From Utricularia gibba (taxonomy: Eukaryota; Plantae; Magnoliophyta), in the NCBI GenBank assembly GCA_002189035.1, contig NEEC01000510.1, positions 1 through 21,525 on the forward strand: a stretch of DNA of 21,525 nucleotides, written 5' to 3'. The position numbers were made by a program, and so were the translations under genes. The notes beneath the pieces were generated by a model. That model was given only the letters and a program-made list of their open reading frames with translations. It searched no databases and was not told where the DNA came from. Position 1 is the first letter of the stretch; each line of letters opens with the position of its first letter. This document shows positions 1 to 11,100 of the stretch, piece after piece.

Positions 1-2977
1 CGTTCGGTTTTCGGTGTTGCCTACATGGTTTTTCAAGGAACAGCTTCTCGTTTTGTGGCGGCCAGTCTCGCTAGGAACTTGGTCCGGGCCCGCGATTCTT
101 TATGGCTCATGAGGACAAAAGGATGCAAATCGATGAATAAATGTTGCATTTGTTTAAATTGCGATATCACGTGCACCCCACATGATTTTTTCAACAACTT
201 ACTTTATACTTGAAGGCGGTCTTTGGGGCACTGGAACGGAAAAGGTCAGGTTAGGCTTGCCCAAAGTTAGTTGTAGTCCGGCAAATAAAGTGATGTATTT
301 ATTATCGTTCGGTTTTCGGGGCTGCCTACATGGTTTTTCAAGGAACCGCTTCTCGTTTTGTGGCGGCCAGTCTCGCTGGGAACTTGGTCCTTGACCCCGA
401 TTCTGTATGGCTCATGAGGTCAACTGGATGCAAATCGATTAAAAAAAATGCATTTGTTTAAATTATGATGTCACGTGCACCCACATGATTTTTTCAACAA
501 CTTACTTTATACTTGAGAAGGCGGTCTTTGGGTGCACTTGGAACCGGAAAAAGATCAGCTTAGGCCTTGGCCCAAAGTAAGTTGTAGCCCGGCAAAGAAA
601 GTGATGTATTTATTAACGTTCGGTTTTCGGTGTTGCCTACATGGTTTTTCAAGGAACAGCTTCTCGTTTTGTGGCGGCCAGTCTCGCTAGGAACTTGGTC
701 CGGGCCCGCGATTCTTTATGGCTCATGAGGACAAAGGATGCAAATCGATGAATACAATGTTGCATTTGTTTAAATTGCGATATCACGTGCACCCCACATG
801 ATTTTTTCAACAACTTACTTTATACTTGAGAGGCGGTCTTTGGGTGCACCTGGAACGGAAAAAGTAAGGTTTGGCTTGCCGAAGTTAGTGTAGCGGCAAA
901 TAAAGTGATGTATTTATTATCGTTCGGTTTTCGGGGGCTGCCTACATGGTTTTTCAAGGAACCGCTTCTCGTTTTGTGGCGGCCAGTCTCGCTGGGAACT
1001 TGGTCCTTGACCCCGATTCTGTATGGCTCATGAGGTCAACTGGATGCAAATCGATTAAAAAAAAATGATCATTTGTTTAAATTATATGTCACGTGCACCC
1101 CACATGATTTTTTTTAAACAACTTACTTTATACTTGAGAAGGCGGTCTTGGGGCACTTGGAACCGGAAAAAGATCAGCTTAGGCCTTGGCCCAAAGTAAG
1201 TTGTAGCCCGGCAAAGAAAGTGATGTATTTATTAACGTTCGGTTTTCGGTGTTGCCTACATGGTTTTTCAAGGAACAGCTTCTCGTTTTGTGGCGGCCAG
1301 TCTCGCTAGGAACTTGGTCCGGCCCGCGATTCTTTATGGCTCATGAGGACAAAGGATGCAAATCGATGAATACAATGTTGCATTTGTTTAAATTGCGATA
1401 TCACGTGCACCCCACATGATTTTTTCAACAACTTACTTTATACTTGAGAGGCGGTCTTTGGGTGCACCTGGAACGGACAAAAGTAAGGTTTGGCTTGCAC
1501 CGAGAGTTAGTTGTAGTCCGGCAAATAAAGTGATGTATTTATTATCGTCGGTTTTCGGGCTGCCTACATGGTTTTTCAAGGAACCGCTTCTCGTTTTGTG
1601 GCGGCCAGTCTCGCTGGGAACTTGGTCCTTGACCCCGATTCTGTATGGCTCATGAGGTCAACTGGATGCAAATCGATTAAAAAAAATGATGCATTTGTTT
1701 AAATTACGATGTCACGTGCACCCCACATGATTTTTTAACAACATACTTTACATGAGGAGGCGGTTTGGGGGGCACTTGGAACCGGAAAAGTCAGCTTAGG
1801 CCTTGGCCCAAAGTAAGTTGTAGCCCGGCAAAGAAAGTGATTTATTAACGTTCGGTTTTCGGTGTTGCCTACATGGTTTTTCAAGGAACAGCTTCTCGTT
1901 TTGTGGCGGCCAGTCTCGCTAGGAACTTGGTCCGGGCCCGCGATTCTTTATGGCTCATGAGGACAAAAGGATGCAAATCGATGAATACAATGTTGCATTT
2001 GTTTAAATTGCGATATCACGTGCACCCCACATGATTTTTTCAACAACTTACTTTATACTTGAGGCGGTCTTTGGGGCACTTGGAACGGAAAAAGTCAGCT
2101 TAGGCCTTGCCCAAAGTAAGTTGTAGTCCGGCAAATAAAGTGATGTATTTATTATCGTTCGGTTTTCGGGGCTGCCTACATGGTTTTTCAAGGAACCGCT
2201 TCTCGTTTTGCGGCCAGTCTCGCTGGGAACTTGGTCCTTGACCCCGATTCTGTATGGCTCATGAGGTCAACTGGATGCAAATCGATTAAAAAAAATGATG
2301 CATTTGTTTAAATTACGATGTCACGTGCACCCCACATGATTTTTTCAACAACTTACTTTATACTTGAGAAGGCGGTCTTTGGGTGCACTTGGAACCGAAA
2401 AAGATCAGCTTAGGCCTTGGCCCAAAGTAAGTTGTAGCCCGGCAAAGAAAGTGATGTATTTATTAACGTTCGGTTTTCGGTGTTGCCTACATGGTTTTTC
2501 AAGGAACAGCTTCTCGTTTTGTGGCGGCCAGTCTCGCTAGGAACTTGGTCCGGGCCCGCGATTCTTTATGGCTCATGAGGACAAAAGGATGCAAATCGAT
2601 GAATACAATGTTGCATTTGTTTAAATTGCGATATCACGTGCACCCCACATGATTTTTTCAACAACTTACTTTATACTTGAAGGCGGTCTTTGGGTGCACC
2701 TGGAACGGGAAAAAGGCTTGCCCGAAGTTAGTTGTAGTCCGGCAAATAAAGTGATGTATTTATTATCGTTCGGTTTTCGGGGTGCCTACATGGTTTTTCA
2801 AGGAACCGCTTCTCGTTTTGTGGCGGCCAGTCTCGCTGGGAACTTGGTCCTTGCCCCGATTCTGTATGGCTCATGAGGTCAACTGGATGCAAATCGATTA
2901 AAAAAAATGATCCATTTGTTTAAATTATGATGTCACGTGCACCCCACATGATTTTTTCAACAACTTACTTTATACTT

Positions 2978-3287
2978 GAGAGGCGGTCTTTGGGTGCACT
3001 TGGAACCGGAAAAAGTCAGCTTAGGCCTGCCCAAAGTAAGTTGTAGCCCGGCAAAGAAAGTGATGTATTTATTAACGTTCGGTTTTCGGTGTTGCCTACA
3101 TGGTTTTTCAAGGAACAGCTTCTCGTTTTGTGGCGGCCAGTCTCGCTGGAACTTGGTCCTTGCCCCGATTCTGTATGGCTCATGAGGTCAACTGGATGCA
3201 AATCGATTAAAAAAAATGATGCATTTGTTTAAATTGCGATGTCACGTGCACCCCACATGATTTTTTTCAACAACTTACTTTATACTT
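2978..3287. repeat. Chimeric monomer, 5' part type A and 3' part type B (unit 10)
   Basis: A diagnostics through AACAGC (A at 3117); B diagnostics from CCTTG (3160-3161) onward. Confidence 0.85.
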
Positions 3288-4845
3288 GAAGGCGGTCTTT
3301 GGGGCACTTGGAACCGGAAAAAGATCAGCTTAGGCCTGCCCAAAGTAAGTTGTAGCCCGGCAAAGAAAGTGATGTATTTATTAACGTTCGGTTTTCGGTG
3401 TTGCCTACATGGTTTTTCAAGGAACAGCTTCTCGTTTTGTGGCGGCCAGTCTCGCTAGGAACTTGGTCCGGGCCCGCGATTCTTTATGGCTCATGAGGAC
3501 AAAAGGATGCAAATCGATGAATACAATGTTGCATTTGTTTAAATTGCGATATCACGTGCACCCCACATGATTTTTTCAACAACTTACTTTATACTTGAGA
3601 GGCGGTCTTTGGGTGCACTTGGAACGGAAAAAGGTAAGGTTTGGCTTGCCCGAGAGTTAGTTGTAGTCCGGCAAATAAAGTGATGTATTTATTATCGTTC
3701 GGTTTTCGGGGCTGCCTACATGGTTTTTCAAGGAACCGCTTCTCGTTTTGTGGCGGCCAGTCTCGCTGGGAACTTGGTCCTTGACCCCGATTCTGTATGG
3801 CTCATGAGGTCAACTGGATGCAAATCGATTAAAAAAAATGATCCATTTGTTTAAATTATGATGTCACGTGCACCCCACATGATTTTTTCAACAACTTACT
3901 TTATACTTGAGAAGGCGGTCTTTGGGTGCACTTGGAACCGGAAAAAGATCAGCTTAGGCCTTGGCCCAAAGTAAGTTGTAGCCCGGCAAAGAAAGTGATG
4001 TATTTATTAACGTTCGGTTTTCGTGTTGCCTACATGGTTTTTCAAGGAACAGCTTCTCGTTTTGTGGCGGCCAGTCTCGCTAGGAACTTGGTCCGGGCCC
4101 GCGATTCTTTATGGCTCATGAGGACAAAAGGATGCAAATCGATGAATACAATGTTGCATTTGTTTAAATTGCGATATCACGTGCACCCCACATGATTTTT
4201 TCAACAACTTACTTTATACTTGAGCAGGCGGTCTTTGGGTGCACTGGAACGGGACAAAGGTAAGTTTGGCTTGCACCGAGAGTTAGTTGTAGTCCGGCAA
4301 ATAAAGTGATGTATTTATTATCGTTCGGTTTTCGGGGCTGCCTACATGGTTTTTCAAGGAACCGCTTCTCGTTTTGTGGCGGCCAGTCTCGCTGGGAACT
4401 TGGTCCTTGACCCCGATTCTGTATGGCTCATGAGGTCAACTGGATGCAAATCGATTAAAAAAAATGATCCATTTGTTTAAAATTATGATGTCACGTGCAC
4501 CCCACATGATTTTTTAACAACATACTTTATACTTGAGAGGCGGTCTTTGGGGCACTTGGAACCGGAAAAAGATCAGCTTAGGCCTTGGCCCAAAGTAAGT
4601 TGTAGCCCGGCAAAGAAAGTGATGTATTTATTAACGTTCGGTTTTCGTGTTGCCTACATGGTTTTTCAAGGAACAGCTTCTCGTTTTGTGGCGGCCAGTC
4701 TCGCTAGGAACTTGGTCCGGGCCGCGATTCTTTATGGCTCATGAGGACAAAAGGATGCAAATCGATGAATACAATGTTGCATTTGTTTAAATTGCGATAT
4801 CACGTGCACCCCACATGATTTTTTTCAACAACTTACTTTATACTT

Positions 4846-5161
4846 GAGCAGGCGGTCTTTGGGTGCACCTGGAACGGGACAAAGGTAAGGTTTGGCTTGC
4901 ACCGAGAGTTAGTTGTAGTCCGGCAAATAAAGTGATGTATTTATTATCGTTCGGTTTTCGGGGGCTGCCTACATGGTTTTTCAAGGAACCGCTTCTCGTT
5001 TTGTGGCGGCCAGTCTCGCTGGGAACTTGGTCCTTGACCCCGATTCTGTATGGCTCATGAGGTCAACTGGATGCAAATCGATTAAAAAAAATGATCCATT
5101 TGTTTAAATTACGATGTCACGTGCACCCCACATGATTTTTTTAACAACTTACTTTATACTT
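4846..5161. repeat. Representative type-B monomer
   Basis: Aligns to A without gaps apart from homopolymer length, with about 36-39 substitutions (~12%). Carries B-specific GTCAAC and CCTTGACCCC. Confidence 0.93.
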
Positions 5162-8100
5162 GAGGAGGCGGTCTTGGGGGCACTTGGAACCGGAAAAAGA
5201 TCAGCTTAGGCCTTGGCCCAAAGTAAGTTGTAGCCCGGCAAAGAAAGTGATGTATTTATTAACGTTCGGTTTTCGGTGTTGCCTACATGGTTTTTCAAGG
5301 AACAGCTTCTCGTTTTGTGGCGGCCAGTCTCGCTAGGAACTTGGTCCGGGCCCGCGATTCTTTATGGCTCATGAGGACAAAAGGATGCAAATCGATGAAT
5401 ACAATGTTGCATTTGTTTAAATTGCGATATCACGTGCACCCCACATGATTTTTTCAACAACTTACTTTATACTTGAGCAGGCGGTCTTTGGGTGCACCTG
5501 GAACGGGAAAGGTAAGGTTTGGCTTGCCGAGAGTTAGTTGTAGTCCGGCAAATAAAGTGATGTATTTATTATCGTTCGGTTTTCGGGGGCTGCCTACATG
5601 GTTTTTCAAGGAACCGCTTCTCGTTTTGTGGCGGCCAGTCTCGCTGGGAACTTGGTCCTTGACCCGATTCTGTATGGCTCATGAGGTCAACTGGATGCAA
5701 ATCGATTAAAAAAATGATCCATTTGTTTAAATTATGATGTCACGTGCACCCCACATGATTTTTTAACAACTTACTTTATACTTGAGAAGGCGGTCTTTGG
5801 GTGCACTTGGAACCGGAAAAAGATCAGTTAGGCCTTGGCCCAAAGTAAGTTGTAGCCCGGCAAAGAAAGTGATGTATTTATTAACGTTCGGTTTTCGGTG
5901 TTGCCTACATGGTTTTTCAAGGAACAGCTTCTCGTTTTGTGGCGGCCAGTCTCGCTAGGAACTTGGTCCGGGCCCGCGATTCTTTATGGCTCATGAGGAC
6001 AAAAGGATGCAAATCGATGAATACAATGTTGCATTTGTTTAAATTGCGATATCACGTGCACCCCACATGATTTTTTCAACAACTTACTTTATACTTGAGC
6101 AGGCGGTCTTTGGGTGCACCTGGAACGGACAAAGAAGGTTTGGCTTGCACCGAGAGTTAGTTGTAGTCCGGCAAATAAAGTGATGTATTATTATCGTTCG
6201 GTTTTCGGGGGCTGCCTACATGGTTTTTCAAGGAACGCTTCTCGTTTTGTGGCGGCCAGTCTCGCTGGGAACTTGGTCCTTGACCCCGATTCTGTATGGC
6301 TCATGAGGTCAACTGGATGCAAATCGATTAAAAAAAATGATGCATTTGTTTAAATTACGATGTCACGTGCACCCCACATGATTTTTTTAACAACTTACTT
6401 TATACATGAGGAGGCGGTCTTGGGGGGCACTTGGAACCGGAAAAAGGTCAGCTTAGGCCTTGGCCCAAAGTAAGTTGTAGCCCGGCAAAGAAAGTGATGT
6501 ATTTATTAACGTTCGGTTTTCGGTGTTGCCTACATGGTTTTTCAAGGAACAGCTTCTCGTTTTGTGGCGGCCAGTCTCGCTAGGAACTTGGTCCCCCGCG
6601 ATTCTTTATGGCTCATGAGGACAAGGATGCAAATCGATGAATACAATGTTGCATTTGTTTAAATTGCGATATCACGTGCACCCCACATGATTTTTTCAAC
6701 AACTTACTTTATACTTGAGAGCGGTCTTGGGGGCACTGGAACGGAAAAAGGTCTTGGCTTAGTAGTTGTAGTCCGGCAATAAAGTGATGTATTTATTATC
6801 GTTCGGTTTTCGGGGCTGCCTACATGGTTTTTCAAGGAACCGCTTCTCGTTTTGTGGCGGCCAGTCTCGCTGGGAACTTGGTCCTTGACCCCGATTCTGT
6901 ATGGCTCATGAGGTCAACTGGATGCAAATCGATTAAAAAAAATGATGCATTTGTTTAAATTATGATGTCACGTGCACCCCACATGATTTTTTCAACAACT
7001 TACTTTATACTTGAGAAGGCGGTCTTTGGGTGCACTTGGAACCGGAAAAAGATCAGCTTAGGCCTTGGCCCAAAGTAAGTTGTAGCCCGGCAAAGAAAGT
7101 GATGTATTTATTAACGTTCGGTTTTCGGTGTTGCCTACATGGTTTTTCAAGGAACAGCTTCTCGTTTTGTGGCGGCCAGTCTCGCTGGAACTTGGTCCGG
7201 GCCCGCGATTCTTTATGGCTCATGAGGACAAAAGGATGCAAATCGATGAATACAATGTTGCATTTGTTTAAATTGCGATATCACGTGCACCCCACATGAT
7301 TTTTTCAACAACTTACTTTATACTTGAGCAGGCGGTCTTTGGGTGCACCTGGAACGGACAAAGGTAAGCTTGGCTTGCCCGAAGTTAGTTGTAGTCCGGC
7401 AAATAAAGTGATGTATTTATTATCGTTCGGTTTTCGGGGGCTGCCTACATGGTTTTTCAAGGAACCGCTTCTCGTTTTGGCGGGCCAGTCTCGCTGGGAA
7501 CTTGGTCCTTGACCCCGATTCTGTATGGCTCATGAGGTCAACTGGATGCAAATCGATTAAAAAAATGATCCATTTGTTAAATTATGATGTCACGTGCACC
7601 CCACATGATTTTCAACAACTTACTTTATACTTGAGAAGGCGGTCTTTGGGTGCACTTGGAACCGGAAAAGATCAGCTTAGGCCTTGCCCAAAGTAAGTTG
7701 TAGCCCGGCAAAGAAAGTGATGTATTTATTAACGTTCGGTTTTCGGTGTTGCCTACATGGTTTTTCAAGGAACAGCTTCTCGTTTTGTGGCGGCCAGTCT
7801 CGCTAGGAACTTGGTCCGGGCCCGCGATTCTTTATGGCTCATGAGGACAAAAGGATGCAAATCGATGAATACAATGTTGCATTTGTTTAAATTGCGATAT
7901 CACGTGCACCCCACATGATTTTTTCAACAACTTACTTTATACTTGAGCAGGCGGTCTTTGGTGCACCTGGAACGGAAAAGTAAGGTTTGGCTTGCCCGAG
8001 AGTTAGTTGTAGTCCGGCAAATAAAGTGATGTATTTATTATCGTTCGGTTTTCGGGGGCTGCCTACATGGTTTTTCAAGAACCGCTTCTCGTTTTGTGGC

Positions 8101-11100
8101 GGCCAGTCTCGCTGGGAACTTGGTCCTTGACCCCGATTCTGTATGGCTCATGAGGTCAACTGGATGCAAATCGATTAAAAAAAATGATGCATTTGTTTAA
8201 ATTTGATGTCACGTGCACCCACATGATTTTTTAACAACATACTTTATACTTGAGAGGCGGTCTTGGGGGCACTTGGAACCGGAAAAAGGTCAGCTTAGGC
8301 CTTGGCCCAAAGTAAGTTGTAGCCGGCAAAGAAAGTGATGTATTTATTAACGTTCGGTTTTCGGTGTTGCCTACATGGTTTTTCAAGGAACAGCTTCTCG
8401 TTTTGTGGCGGCCAGTCTCGCTAGGAACTTGGTCCGGGCCCGCGATTCTTTATGGCTCATGAGGACAAAAAGGATGCAAATCGATGAATACAATGTTGCA
8501 TTTGTTTAAATTGCGATATCACGTGCACCCCACATGATTTTTTCAACAACTTACTTTATACTTGAGGAGGCGGTCTTGGGGCACTGGAACGGAAAAAAAT
8601 CAGCTTAGGCCTTGCCCAAAGTAAGTTGTAGTCCGGCAAATAAAGTGATGTATTTATTATCGTTCGGTTTCGGGGGCTGCCTACATGGTTTTTCAAGGAA
8701 CCGCTTCTCGTTTTGTGGCGGCCAGTCTCGCTGGGAACTTGGTCCTTGACCCCGATTCTGTATGGCTCATGAGGTCAACTGGATGCAAATCGATTAAAAA
8801 AAATGATGCATTTGTTTAAATTACGATGTCACGTGCACCCCACATGATTTTTTTAACAACTTACTTTATACTTGAGGAGGCGGTCTTGGGGCACTTGGAA
8901 CCGGAAAAAGGTCAGCTTAGGCTTGGCCCAAAGTAAGTTGTAGCCCGGCAAAGAAAGTGATTATTTATTAACGTTCGGTTTTCGGTGTTGCCTACATGGT
9001 TTTTCAAGGAACAGCTTCTCGTTTTGTGGCGGCCAGTCTCGCTAGGAACTTGGTCCGGGCCCGCGATTCTTTATGGCTCATTGGATGGGGGTGTCGCGAT
9101 ATCACGTGCACCCCACATGATTTTTTCAACAACTTACTTTATACATGAGGAGGCGGTCTTGGGGCACTTGGAACGGAAAAAGTCAGCTTAGGCTTTGCCA
9201 AAGTAAGTTGTAGTCCGGCAAATAAAGTGATGTATTTATTATCGTTCGGTTTTCGGGGCTGCCTACATGGTTTTTCAAGGAACCGCTTCTCGTTTTGTGG
9301 CGGCCAGTCTCGCTGGGAACTTGGTCCTTGACCCCGATTCTGTATGGCTCATGAGGTCAACTGGATGCAAATCGATTAAAAAAAATGATCCATTTGTTTA
9401 AATTATGATGTCACGTGCACCCCACATGATTTTTTCAACAACTTACTTTATACTTGAGAAGGCGGTCTTTGGGTGCACTTGGAACCGGAAAAAGATCAGC
9501 TTAGGCCTTGGCCCAAAGTAAGTTGTAGCCCGGCAAAGAAAGTGATGTATTTATTAACGTTCGGTTTTCGGTGTTGCCTACATGGTTTTTCAAGGAACAG
9601 CTTCTCGTTTTGTGGCGGCCAGTCTCGCTAGGAACTTGGTCCCCCGATTCTTTATGGCTCATGAGGGATGCAAATCGATGAAAAAATGATGCATTTGTTT
9701 AAATTACGATCACGTGCACCCCACATGATTTTTTAACAACATACTTTATACATGAGGAGGCGGTCTTGGGGGCACTTGGAACCGGAAAAAGTCAGTTAGG
9801 CCTTAGTAAGTTGTAGTCCGGCAAATAAAGTGATGTATTTATTATCGTTCGGTTTCGGGGGCTGCCTACATGGTTTTTCAAGGAACCGCTTCTCGTTTTT
9901 GGCGGCCAGTCTCGCTGGGAACTTGGTCCTTGACCCCGATTCTGTATGGCTCATGAGGTCAACTGGATGCAAATCGATTAAAAAAATGATCCATTTGTTT
10001 AAATTATGATGTCACGTGCACCCCACATGATTTTTTCAACAACTTACTTTATACTTGAGAAGGCGGTCTTTGGGTGCACTTGGAACCGGAAAAAGATCAG
10101 CTTAGGCCTTGGCCAAAGTAAGTTGTAGCCCGGCAAAGAAAGTGATGTATTTATTAACGTTCGGTTTTCGGTGTTGCCTACATGGTTTTTCAAGGAACAG
10201 CTTCTCGTTTTGTGGCGGCCAGTCTCGCTAGGAACTTGGTCCGGGCCCGCGATTCTTTATGGCTCATGAGGACAAAAGGATGCAAATCGATGAATACAAT
10301 GTTGCATTTGTTTAAATTGCGATATCACGTGCACCCCACATGATTTTTTCAACAACTTACTTTATACTTGAGAGGCGGTCTTTGGGTTCGGCTTAGTTAG
10401 TTGTAGGCAAATAAAGTGATGTATTTATTATCGTTCGGTTTTCGGGGGCTGCCTACATGGTTTTTCAAGGAACCGCTTCTCGTTTTGTGGCGGCCAGTCT
10501 CGCTGGGAACTTGGTCCTTGACCCCGATTCTGTATGGCTCATGAGGTCAACTGGATGCAAATCGATTAAAAAAAATGATCCATTTGTTTAAATTATGATG
10601 TCACGTGCACCCACATGATTTTTCAACAACTTACTTTATACTTGAGAAGGCGGTCTTTGGGTGCACTTGGAACCGGAAAAAGATCAGCTTAGGCCTTGGC
10701 CCAAAGTAAGTTGTAGCCCGGCAAAGAAAGTGATGTATTTATTAACGTTCGGTTTTCCTGCCTACATGGTTTTTCAAGGAACAGCTTCTCGTTTTGTGGC
10801 GGCCAGTCTCGCTAGGAACTTGTCGATTCTTTATGGCTCATGAGGACAAAAGGATGCAAATCGATGAATACAATGTTGCATTTGTTTAAATTGCGATATC
10901 ACGTGCACCCCACATGATTTTTTCAACAACTTACTTTATACTTGAGAGGGTCTTTGGGTGCACCTGGAACGGACAAAGGTAAGTTTGGCTTGCCGAGAGT
11001 TAGTTGTAGTCCGGCAAATAAAGTGATGTATTTATTATCGTTCGGTTTTCGGGGGCTGCCTACATGGTTTTTCAAGGAACCGCTTCTCGTTTTGTGGCGG

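Noticed and set aside
5030-5070. TGACCC...AGGTCA nuclear-receptor-like half-sites and TTGACC W-box in B
   Set aside because: The spacing (about 19 nt) is non-canonical, the hexamers are short, and there is no gene context.
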